Both the position numbers and the translations under genes were made by a program. Positions 10,841 through 23,088 of a stretch of DNA of 64,000 nt are shown one piece after another. The notes under the pieces are model-generated. The model was given only the letters and a program-made list of their open reading frames with translations. It was not told the origin of the DNA and searched no databases. Positions within the stretch are counted from its first letter, which is position 1, and each line of letters starts with the position of its first letter. The stretch comes from Macrostomum lignano. Lineage: Eukaryota. Where the stretch lies: the NCBI GenBank assembly GCA_002269645.1, contig NIVC01000040.1, forward strand, positions 1-64,000. The letters run 5' to 3'.

Positions 10841-13800
10841 TTATATATTTACCTTGCATTAAAATTCTTTTAGCAATTAACTGCTTATGCCATAGCTTAC
10901 AAATAGACAATAGAATTCTATATCTTTTATTGTTTTTGCCTAAAGGTTTTTGCAAACTTTGTAAAGAACTTTTTAGTTAGATTAATTTCTTTTTAGTTTA
11001 CTTTACTTTTCTATTTTGCCAAAATTACTTTTCTATTTAGCCAAAACAATTTTCTATTTAATCTTACTTTTAAGGCTATACCATTTTGTTTTATATTATG
11101 ATACTTTCTTTTTAGAATAAGATATTTTTAAACTATGTATAAATGTTTTCTTTTTACTAGAATTATTTTCTTTTTGCTATAATATACAATTTTCTATCAA
11201 GTTAGAATTGCTTATTCTTTCTATCCATAAATTTTTTCTTTAAAGGTAATTACAATTGTAATAGGCTTTGATTTTAGTAAGTAGTTTTACATTTCTTAGA
11301 GACATATAAATTCAAACGCTATTGTTATACTACGCGAATATTTCATATATTTTGCATATTTTCTATATTTTTTGTATAATATTTTGTTTGAAACAATAAG
11401 AAGTTTTTACTATAAATAGAGGCCACTTGGGAGCCTGGCAAAGTAACTTCTGTTCCTGAACAACTTTAATACTCTCATTTGAGAAGAAATCAGCCTTGGG
11501 CTCATATTTGCTCGTGTTACTTATTTCGAGTAGTGGATAGTAGTTTAGGAGTTGCCCCAAGATTGGGAGTCTAGTCTGTTTTCAGAGAACGAGAAATCCT
11601 AAACTTAGGAGTCTAGTAACCCGCCTTTAGGAGGCAGAGATCCTACCACAGGGTAGAGAAATCCAGGCTTAGAGTCTGAGAAACCCACCTCAGGGCAGAA
11701 TACCCAGCAAAGTGCGCTGTAACCCTCTGATCCCGGGAATGCCTAGGACTAAGAATAATATCTTTAGAGTATAGGAATAGGATAGACAATGCCTAAAAGA
11801 CCACTCAGGCCAGAAAGTACAATAGAGGTATAGATGCTACCAATAAAAGTACATATGCTACCAATAGAAATATATGCGCTACTAGTAGCAAGACAATTAA
11901 TAATCAGTAGAATTGTTAAGGAGAAATAGCTCTATTACAACTTTGGTGGCAGCTAGTACGGCTAGCAAAAGAATAATTGAGAGCCCTGGGACACAATTTG
12001 ACTTGAAAATTTTTTTTGTTGATACAAAACATATATAACACCATGTATTAAATTTATATATGATCTATATTTTTCTACCTAATTTTCTAAGATAAAAACA
12101 AAAACTTTGTCATCCTAATATTACTTTTTATTGAATTTTATATTATATATGCACATATATTATGTGTTTATATTATACACATATTTACTTTTTGTTAACT
12201 ACATTAGATAGCTATGCTTATAGCTAGTTTTTATCTAAAAAAACTAAGTTACTAGTTAGATAATTGAAAAAAGAAAAAAACTAGGCCTATGTATCTTTTT
12301 TTGTATAGGCCTTTAGCCTGGTGGGCCTAAAATGGAATAGGTAAGTCAACTAGACTAGATATACTATATGCTATGCAACAAACTTGCTAGAGCACAGGGG
12401 CCTATATATAAGTCAGGACTAGAATACTATAGTCATAGAGTATACTAGAGAGTATAATAGAGTATAATAGAGAATTAGAATTGCCAAGCAAACAATGTAA
12501 AGCATCTGCATAAAGAAGAGAAAATAACTGCTGCACCTATTTTTTGCTTAAAATATTAAGCTAGTTAATTAGTAAACAAATGTCAAAGGCAACTTTATTA
12601 GCTAAATAGCGATAAAAATAATTTTATTAATGCTAGGCCTACACTAGCCTTAATAATGAATCTCTTGAGGTCTACCAAAAAGTAGTGATAATAAAAAGAC
12701 GATTTAAGTAAGATTGCAGCATAAAAATGAGCATTTCATATTGGCCTACACAAAAGAAGAAATCGCTGCATGATATTCAATGCACATTGTGAGGAAAATC
12801 GAAACTATTTTGTTTTTTTTACATGTGTTTCATATAAAAATATCGGTCGGAATATCGATAGGAATATCGATCGGAATATCGGTCGGTAAATGTTATACAC
12901 GTTTAAAATTTAGATTTGAACTCAGCAAAAAACTAAAACAAAAATGCTTTTGTAAACTAGGTCCATAAAATTGTTTAATAAATATTAACAAAAAGAAGTA
13001 ACTACAAGTGAAAAGTTCTTAAAAAACGTAAAATAAAGAAGATGTAAGACCAAAAGGGTCAGTATAATTTTTCACTGTTTTTTTAAACTGGATCGATTTT
13101 TTTTAAGGTAGGCCTAATGGTTATGTATGGTTTGCCTCTTGCTTGTGGCTTGTAGGTAGATTTTTTACATATATTTCATGTCTACTTTGTGGGTCTGTAT
13201 AGGCTAGGGCCTACTTTTACTTTATTATCTTTAGATAATAACAACTTTATTTTTTCGGTAACTTTTTGATTCCATTTGATAAATCTTTTTCTCTGGGTAA
13301 AAAACTTTCTGAAAAGTTGTCAAGTATTAGGCCTAGCCTAAAAACTCTAAAACTTTTGTATCTTAAATTTTTAACAGTTTTGTAAATGTATGTGTTTTGA
13401 CAATATAACAATATATGTCACTTTGATAATTTAAGTTCAAAAACTTTAGGCCTACAGTTTTTATTTTTTATTTTTTATTTAATGCATAAATTGCATGACC
13501 AAAAAGGCCAGGTGTTCCTTCAGTTTATAATCATCTTCTAATTTTGCCACTTTCAGTTTACAATTATCTTATATTGGTGTAGGACCAAAACCGCCACACA
13601 CCAAGACCACCACACTTGAGGAGCTGGGGAAGGAATTTGGCTAAATATGTTATTGAATAGTGCTAGAGGGGAGATAAGTGGGTAGGAGAGCCAGCAGGAC
13701 AAGCCTGCAAAAGGAAACTATGAGAAGAATAGCAATGCTAGAAGATTGGTTAGCTCCCCCTCAATACCAGTAAATAGGGGCCTAGTTGTGGTAGTCTTAG

Positions 13801-16498
13801 TCATGCACCCTTATATTTTGCTCAATTGCAGTACAAAAATGGTGTGTTCAGAACTTAAAAAATAAAAAAAATGCAAAGTTGAAAGTAAGGTGTGTTGGGT
13901 GATGCTTAAATATATTAGGTAGCTTTAGGCCCCTATTATATGATCATTTGAATATATACAAATAGGCCTAGAAATGATCATGAGTCAAAGCTAGGTTAAA
14001 ATTAATATTATACATAATGCACATATATGGGGATGCTTGCTATCTGGGTGGATGCTTGCTATCTGGGGGGGGGATGCTACACTTAGGCTAGGCCCCTAGG
14101 CCTAGGGTAAAGGTAGGCCTAATATTGCCAGCTTTAATTTAGTTTAGTGATCATTTCAGTGAAATACATGTGTGGAACTAACTAGAAGTGATTGTAAACC
14201 GAAGGTGATATATATATAGGCTAAGCCTACTAGCTCAAACTTGCAACTTGATAGTTGAAATTATTTAATAGGCTTTCCTATAGCCAGCTTTAGTTTGTAA
14301 TCATTTTAATGGGTAATATAAATGTGTAGATAATTGTAAACTGAAGGTGAAATATAAACTATGTCTACAATAGTCTTACTATCTTTTGAAATAAACAAAG
14401 TCAGTTTGCCAACTTTTGATTTTATTTATTAAAAACCACTAGGTTTGCGCCCCCTCCCAAAAGCTAAAAATAGATTTTTTGCCTCAAACACCTTTTTTGT
14501 ACCCCTAAGCTAGATTTTTTGCCCTCCTATATATAATTTTTGCATCTCCTAGCTTAAAAATTGGTGCCCCTTATATTTATGTTGGTGTCCCAAACTTGGA
14601 CTGCCCCCCCCCCCAAAATGAAACTCTAGATCTACCACTGGGCACAAGCATTAAAAAGATTAAAGTTTTTATCAATTAAATCTATTATTATATCAGTATT
14701 TAGGAATATAATTAATTAAACATAATAACAAATATAATGATACTTATAAAGTTGCTAATTAATGGTAGAGAAAGAATCTATATAATAGAGATTCAATGTT
14801 GTGGCCATGTTAGTGTGTGGCTATCTTGGTTTTACAAAGACATTTTCATCAAAATTAAAAAATGTAATCTAAATGGTTAGATATGCTAATACTTTCTTTC
14901 TTTATTGCTAAGCCTAACAATTTATCCCTTTGGCCATAGATACTCCCAAACATAAATGCCATATTATATAACATTATTTGACATTTTCATACAAATTTAA
15001 AATAAAAAGTATGAAAAAAGAGTTTAACAAAAGATTTCAGAAGGCTGCCTATTAGGCTTATATATATTATTAGGCCTATATGTTTTATTGTATATGTTTT
15101 ATGTTTTCTTTTATTTATCGAATCAAAAATTTGTAGAAAATCTTAATTTTCTAAATAAAAAGCTTTATAAATATCAATAGAAAGCTCAAAAGGGCGAAAC
15201 ATATCAAAATATAAACATTTGATCCGGCTGGACTAATAAATACAAAATTATAATACTAAAAAGTGAAAACTTCTTATTTCTATATAACTATAGTACTTTT
15301 TGAAAAATTAGCCTCAAAAATTTTTTTAGGAAATGTAGTTTTCCCTCTTTCTACTTTAGTAGTCCTAGTAATATATATATACATAGTATTGTTGATGCTC
15401 CCAATCAAGAAAAAACTAAGAAAAAGAAAAAGAAGAAAATAAAAAGATATCAAAGAGATATAGAAAACATAATTTTCATACTTAGGTCTATATAGTTAAC
15501 TGTGTAGTATTTAATATAAATTTGTTGTAATGAGGTATATAAGTCCTCATTTTTCTCATCTTCATTTGTATACTAACGTATACTAATATACTAGCTTTGC
15601 ATAATATTAGACAAGGCCAAGTTACAAAAAGGTAATTGATAGTGACAAATTATTTTCTTTGTAGAGAGTAAAACAGTGGCAGGGTGAGGTGCTATCTTAT
15701 CAAATGTAAGACTTTAAAGTCAACAGATAGCCCAATTTAGACTAGTTAATCTAGCTAGTTGGTTAAGTATACCATAATCCCCATCCAAGCAGGCTTGTGG
15801 TTAAGTATTCAAGTATACTAATTGCCAACTAGATACCAATTCATTTCTATGCTTAGCAGAATTAGGGGACCTATGATTATCTTATAATACATATATCTTA
15901 AATATATTTATTTCAACAATAAAGAGACATTTGGGTTTTTTAGTTTGGTTTTTAAGAAATATCAATAAAATAACTTTGCATTAAAAATTTGATGTATAGT
16001 AATTTCTAATGCAAGTAATATTATATGGCCTTGAGTTTATAGTTAACTTGGAATAAAAATAAAGTTTATAATGATAGAAAATTTATATTTCTAAAAAACA
16101 GGATTATTAATCAAGCACTGTCTCAAAATCTTAAAAAAGAGACATAATGTAACTTTTTGAAAAAAAATGATCAAAGACATATCAGAAGCTAAAATGCCAT
16201 TGTCCCAAGGCTTCATTTATGTTACCAAGTGCTTGATTGCTTGAAATTTAAATTAATGATATTGATCTTTCTGCAACATAGAAATAAACACAAAGAAATT
16301 GTTGCAATAGTTGCAATATTTAAATGCAACAGCAATGCTGTTCTGCTAGCAATCCTTTTGAGCTAAGGGACTGGAAGCAACTAGCAACAACAAGAAGCAA
16401 CAAGCTAGCAGTTTATTGACTTACTGATTAGTTAATTCATAGAAATTTATTTTCGTGTAAGCACTGTCCAGACAACAAAAGGCATCGAACTGGATACT

Positions 16499-19228
16499 AT
16501 GCCAGAGAAAGAGACTTGCTTTGACACCCAGTGCATCACTGACCACCGGTTGTATAGTGTCAGATTCAAATGGACAATAAGCAACTGGGACTATGTCAGC
16601 ATGCTTGGCTCGGGTGACAAGCTATCCAGCAGCCTGTTCTGGTCGCCAGAGAAGCCAGAAATCAAATGCTGCATGAACCTCTATCCAGATGGAATTGATA
16701 GAGATGCCCGAGGCTATCTAAGCCTGTTCCTTGAAGTTAAAGAAGTCAATGGAGTGTCAATCAGTGAGACAACTTGTCAGATACCATCCAAGTTTGATCT
16801 GATTTTGCTGGAGAAGCGGAATAACGATGTTGAAATGGAGGTTTGTGGCTTAATATGATGCTTATAAAAGAATACGAGTATAAGATAAGCTGAACCCCTG
16901 AAGCATAGGGAAGAATATGTAGCGAGGTCCCTGAAGTATTGAAAGAAAGGAAGAAACGGTATCCATGAAGCATCGGAAAACGAGAAACTGGATTCCTGAA
17001 GTATCGGGAAGAGTGGAGAAACAGGATTCCTGAAGTATCGGGAAGAGTGTAATAAGACCCTGACCTGAAGCATCGGGAAGAGAGGGTACTGAGGCCCTGA
17101 AGTATCAGGAAGAGAGAGAAAAATGGGACCCTGACGAATCAGGAAGAGAGGGTACTGAGGCCCTGAAGAATCGGGAATAGAGGGTACTGGGGCCCTGAAG
17201 CATCGGGAAAAGAGGGTACGAGGCCCTGAAGCATCGGAAAGAGAAGATAATGAGGCCCTGAAGCATTGGGAAGGGAGAGTACTGAGGCTTTGAAGCATCA
17301 GGAAGAGAGAATATCGAGGCCCTGAAGAATCGGGAAGAGTGTAATAAGACCCTGACGTGAAGCATCGGGAATAGAGGGTACTGAGGCCCCGAAGAATCAG
17401 GAAGAGTGTAATAAGACCCTGACCTGAAGCATCGGGAAGAGAGGGTACTGAGGCCCTGAAGTATCAGGAAGAGAGAAAAATGAGGCCCTGAAGCATCGGG
17501 AAGAGAGTGCGATGAGGCCCTGAAGCATTGGGAAGAGAGGGTAGTGGTTACCAGTTTTCTCCGGGCACATCGCACCCGAGTGAACTAATAAAAGAGCACC
17601 CCCCTTGCCCCAGGTGCAATTCGGCAAGAAGCACCTGCAGCACATGTTCAACAAAGAAGAAAACGACTGGGGCTTCAAACGATTCGTTGAGAAAGGCAAA
17701 TTACGCGGCACATCTCTATCAGTTATTTGCAATCTAGATTTCATACTTAAAGGCGAATATCAACACGTGTGTTCCAGCGCCGTAGCTGCGCCATCGGGTG
17801 ACAATCTGGCTTGTCTAGCTGAAGACATGGCCAGCCTGTTAGAGGATCACACTTTCGCTGATATTAGCATCGGCATCGGCGAGACCGTATTCCGAGCTCA
17901 TAAAACCGTATTAGCGGCCAGATCTAGCGTTTTTAAAGCAATGTTTGCGCATCGATGCAAAGAATCCTCGTCAAATAGGGTCGATATTTGCGATACTAGT
18001 CCGGAAACTTGGCGTCACGTGATGCGGTTTCTCTACACCGGCAATATGGGAGTTGAGCATAGGTTTGTTAGTGCATTGGTTTTTTACTGTTTGCGTCATA
18101 GGGATGATTGAATAAAGTACGGTTGAGTACACTTTCCATGGGTTTTAGGGTTGAGCACACTGTCTATGGGTGTCAGGGTTGAGCACACTGTCTATGGGTG
18201 TCAGGGTTGAGCACATTGGCTATGGGTGTCAGGGTTGAGCACACTGTCTATGGGTGTCAGGATTTGAGCACATTGTAAGCTGATAGGATTTAGGATAGGA
18301 TAAGTTATCAGATGTTGAGCACACTGTAGTTATCAGATGTTGAGCACACTGTAGTTAACAGGAGTTGAGCACACTGTAGTTAACAGGAGTTGAGCACACT
18401 GCAGTTAACAGGAGTTGAGCACACTGTAGTTAACAGGAGTTGAGCACACTGTAGTTAACAGGAGTTGAGCACACTGTAGTTAACAGGAGTTGAGCACACT
18501 GCAGTTAACAGGAGTTGAGCACACTGTAGTTAACAGGAGTTGAGCACACTGTAGTTAACAGGAGTTGAGCACACTGTAGTTAACAGGAGTTGAGCACACT
18601 GCAGTTAACAGGAGTTGAGCACACTGTAGTTAACAGGAGTTGAGCACACTGTAGTTAACAGGAGTTGAGCACACTGCAGTTAACAGGAGTTGAGCACACT
18701 GTAGTTAACAAGAGTTGAGCACACTGTAGTTAACAGGAGTTGAGCACACTGTAGTTAACAGGAGTTGAGCACACTGCAGTTAACAGGAGTTGAGCACACT
18801 GTAGTTAACAAGAGTTGAGCACACTGTAGTTAACAGGAGTTGAGCACACTAGTTATCAGAGGTTAAGTTCTTGAACTCTTGATTTGAGCACTAAAGCCAT
18901 CGTCCTTCTTCTACTCGTCATGCCCCACAGAGTGGAGGACCTGGCTGAGATCCTGAAGGTGGCGGACAAATACGAGGTGAACTCGTTGAAAGCGGCATGT
19001 GCCGACCTCCTGGCCAGACAAATCTGTTTCGACAATTTCGAAGAGATCCTACTGCTAGCTCACATGCACAAGGCGGCCGGCCTGAAGCAGGCCTGCTGCC
19101 AGTTTATGAAGCACAGCGCTCAACGAGTTGTCTGCAAGCCGGAATGGGAGGAACTGCAAAAGTCCTGGCCAGATCTCACCTCCGAGGTGCTTACTCAAGT
19201 TATTCGTCGCTCAAAGAAATCTTCATAG
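16499..19228 (+). CDS. MATH-BTB(-BACK) protein, SPOP/roadkill-like Cullin-3 adaptor; 3 exons, 362 aa
   Basis: Exons 16499-16840, 17614-18062 and 18931-19228 join in frame (1089 nt) with GT-AG boundaries. Motifs: FKWTISNW, LYPDG...YLSLFL, DWGFKRFV (MATH); FADISIGIGETVFRAHKTVLAARSSVFKAMF, MRFLYTG, ADKYEVNSLKAAC (BTB). Confidence 0.92.
16960..17530. repeat. About 32-bp minisatellite in MATH-BTB intron 1
   Basis: Unit gaggccctgaagcatcgggaagagagggtact with variants. Confidence 0.9.
18120..18850. repeat. 29-bp then 25-bp minisatellites in MATH-BTB intron 2
   Basis: gttgagcacactgtctatgggtgtcagg followed by ggagttgagcacactgtagttaaca repeats. Confidence 0.92.
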
Positions 19229-19379
19229 CTTTTTTGTTTGTTTAGTTACTGGGCGATGTAGCGGAGATAAGCGTACCTCACGTGCAAATGCGCATTGCGA
19301 GTGTCAGATGTGTGAATTCCAGTTTTCTTGGAATACAGTGTATTCGGGTCCACCTGTTGATTTCATTAATTTTCCCGAT

Positions 19380-19850
19380 CCCGATTCCTAATCCATGATC
19401 CTAATCCCTGATCCTAATCCCTAATCCATCGATCTAGACTCCTAATCCCTAATCATAATCCCTCGATCTGGATTCCTAATCCCTGATCCTAATCCCTAAT
19501 CCATCGATCTGGATTCCTAATCCCTAATCCATCAATCTAGACTCCTAATTCCTGATCCTAATCCATAATCCCTCGATCTAAACTCCTAATCCCTAATCCC
19601 TCGATCTGGATTCCTAATCCCTAATCCCTCGATCTGGATTCCTAATCCCTGATCCCTCGATCTGGATTCCTAATCCCTTATCCTACTCCCTAATCCATCA
19701 ATCTAGATTCCTAATCCCTGATCCTATTTTGTGATCCATCGATCTCGATTTTAAATCCCTGATCCCAATCACTAATCTCTGTTCCATCAATCTCGATTTT
19801 TAATTCCCTAATCCTATTCCCAATCCACCAGTCCTAATTGCTAATCCGGG
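19380..19850. repeat. Degenerate TAATCCC/TGATCC array (telomere-variant-like) downstream of MATH-BTB
   Basis: Repeated ctaatccc, ctgatcc and tcgatctggattc modules. Confidence 0.8.
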
Positions 19851-20550
19851 GAGTTAGACACGGTTTACTCTCACAGCTTCGATTGAACTGCTTAATTATC
19901 ATTTATTTTGTGCCAGGCCTAATTTAATAAAACAAATTTGCTCGCAAGTTCAAAACAGAAAATTTGCATTACTTATGAAACTATATTATTATGATTATTA
20001 CTTTCACATGGTTTAATTTGTATAGTAAAATTATTGAAATAATTTGATTTGCTGTCGCCTCATATTTTGAATTTGTTTCACTTTCACACCCCGTATTGGC
20101 TGCCAATGCAGTCGCGGCCTGGCAAAATTTGTATTTTTAATTTATTAACCATATGCGCGAACAGTGTCTATATTAGTTTTTTTAATTTGTTTATCTTTCA
20201 TTTGCAATCGTCGCTTTCCAAGAGGCAACACATTTTTCTCTTGCTGAATAATACAGAGAAGATAATAGTGTGTGAAATTTGCTCAGTCATTTAAATGCAC
20301 ATAAATTTATTAGTTTTTTGCCCTGAAATCTTTTTCTTTCCAACAGCAGCTCCCGAGATCCTTGTCCTCGTCCCTGCGCGCTTTCGAGACTGTCTGACAC
20401 AAAAACAATACCATTTAATTTGTTTAATTTCATCCTAAATTTTGCAATTTATTCGACTTAATAAATCAATTATAGGAGGATTTTCGCTTTGCGCTACTGT
20501 CAGCGTCAGTGTGGGTGTTTCTTTAAGAATTGTTGAATTTCGATACGGTG

Positions 20551-21003
20551 ACCGCAGATACTAGAATAACTAGATGGGCCACTCAGGCATGTATACTTAG
20601 TAAAACAGCTTTCTACTTTCAGTTCAGTAGCAAAGAAGAATACATAAGCTATTTTATAAAAATAAAGGCAGCTGAAACGACTTTGATAAGTTTAGAAGCC
20701 CAAGCTTGCAGGCGTAAACATCTTGCTAATTGGTTCAGCAGTAATGTACGTTAGCCAGTCCACTGAAATGTACACGGCAGCTTTAGGCTGGAATTCCGAG
20801 ACAGGCAATAAAAATTGGGGCGGGGCGGGGGGATTGGTGTGGAAAGGCGCGGCTGGAGGGTTAAGTGAGGGGAAGAGTCAATAAACTAACCTTGGCTTTA
20901 AAAATACATTAAAATGCTTCAGTTTAACTTACTACTGAACTGAAAGTAGCTTACACGCAAATGTGCTCAATGGCCCATCTAGTTATTCTAGTATCTGTGC
21001 GGT
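20551..21003. mobile_element. MITE of about 450 bp with terminal inverted repeats
   Basis: accgcagatactagaataactagatgggcca versus tggcccatctagttattctagtatctgtgcggt, plus an inner pair ctttcagttcagtag / ctactgaactgaaag. No clear TSD, so superfamily is unassigned. Confidence 0.75.
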
Positions 21004-21687
21004 TAGGTAAATATCTTCTATAGTTTATTATATGTAGTTTTATCATTTATATTTACTAGAAATGTCTTATGATTAAATTACATGAATTATATCGTACTGC
21101 ACGTAGAAGCATTTCTTGAAGTATGCAGTTTTGACAGTTTAATAAGATAAGCACTAGTTAAGTCTTTTCATTTTTGTGCCTGTGATTCTCTCTCTGTACT
21201 TTAGCTGCTAATTTTTGTGCGATGTCTCCAAATCTAAACGGATAAAGAAATAAACTCACTTTTTTGTTTGTGTTACTAAAATTAGTTTCGCTATGAAGCA
21301 GGTCTTTATATAAAAAGAAATGTAAAGCAGCTCTTTTGATGTCACATTAATTTATTGAAATAAAATTATTTTTCTTGGTAATTGTCTCAAATATTTCTTC
21401 CTAACTGCATTATAATAATGCCCTGAGTGCGCATATTTACTATATTTTAATAGTATATTATATATATTTGTGCATCATTGTAAACTGACAAATTATCAAA
21501 ACGATATAATAGTAATAAACTTGTCCCATGTACTTCATTTACTATCAGAAAAGCTGACTCTGCTTTGAAGCTGTATTTATGCATAAAATACAAGTGGTCT
21601 TTGTTCTTATTTTTATTGTTTGTCTTTACATATAATGTGCATAGTTTGATTTTTTCAAGCAGCATTTCCTGATCGTATTTGTTTTAG

Positions 21688-22370
21688 TTATCAGCCAATT
21701 ATCTCGCCTGTATCTGTCTCAATTATCAGCCAATTATCTCGCCTGTATCTGTCTCAATTATCAGCCAATTATCTTACCCGAATGTCTCAGTTATCAGCCA
21801 ATTATCGCACCTGTATCTGTCTCAATTATCAGCCAATTATCGCACCTGTATCTGTCTCAATTATCAGCCAATTATCTCACCTGTATCTGTCTCAATTATC
21901 AGCCAATTATCTTACCCGAATGTCTCAGTTATCAGCCAATTATCGCACCTGTATCTGTCTCAATTATCAGCCAATTATCGCACCTGTATCTGTCTCAATT
22001 ATCAGCCAATTATCTCACCTGTATCTGTCTCAATTATCAGCCAATTATTTCACCTATATCTGTCTCAATTATCAGCCAATTATTTCACCTGTATCTGTCT
22101 CAATTATTAGCCAATTATCTCACCTGTATCTGTCTCAATTATTAGCCAATTATCTCACCTGTATCTGTCTCAATTATCAGCCAATTATTTCACCTGTATC
22201 TGTCTCAGTTATCAGCCAATTATTTCACCTGTATCTGTCTCAGTTATCAGCCAATTATTTCACCTGTATCTGTCTCAGTTATCAGCCAATTATTTCACCT
22301 GTATCTGTCTCAGTTATCAGCCAATTATTTCACCTGTATCTGTCTCAATTATCAGCCAATTATCTCGCCT
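21688..22370. repeat. 33-35-bp minisatellite just upstream of the syntaxin ATG
   Basis: Unit ttatcagccaattatctcacctgtatctgtctcaa. Confidence 0.92.
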
Positions 22371-22510
22371 ATTTCTATCCTATTTTAGTACTTTTTGTAA
22401 AATTCAGTAATAGATTCTTTCTTGCCTATAAGTCTACAGTAAGCTGCAAGAGTCTGCTTCTAGTAGCGTATTTAGCAGTTAACAACAAATTCGTCCTCCT
22501 CAGCCTGGCG

Positions 22511-23056
22511 ATGTCCTACGGCAGCATCGGTGGCAGCAGCGGCAGCGCCGGCTTCAGCCAACAGGAAGACGATCGCAAAGCAGCACAATTGATAGACAGG
22601 TGCACTTATAATGTTCAAAAATTGGACAACAACGTGAAAGACTTGGAACGCCTGTGCGCCCAGCTCAACGCCGGCCGGCCTAGCAACGTTGTGTCAATCA
22701 CCTCGGCTATTAGCGAAAAGCAGAGCGGCACCAATGCTCTGATCTCCGCGTCTGCCGATCTGTTGCAGCAGCTTAGCTCGCTTAGAACTGATAACAGCAT
22801 GCTTAACACTAGGTAGCTCGGTTTAAGGGCCGGTGTTTTTAGTACTCGTATATCGTATGTTTATATAGATACTTTTAACTAGCATAAACACAAAGTACAT
22901 ACTTGAGGCAGACACGCTAAAACGTGCGCAGACAGAGTCAGGCACAGGCAGATGAGCAACAGCACCAAGACAGACAGACAGACACCAAAGACAGACAGAC
23001 TGGCAGACAGACACTAAGACAGACAGACAGACAGACACCAAGACAGACAGACTGGC

Positions 23057-23088
<32 letters not shown>

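Noticed and set aside
11363-11760. Possible decayed LINE reverse-transcriptase fragment
   Set aside because: Only a vague resemblance to a QG..P.LF motif; too degenerate to call.
21688-22370. Array of CCAAT boxes driving syntaxin expression
   Set aside because: Each unit has AGCCAATTA, which misses the C/G after CCAAT in the NF-Y consensus. Nothing beyond position supports a function.
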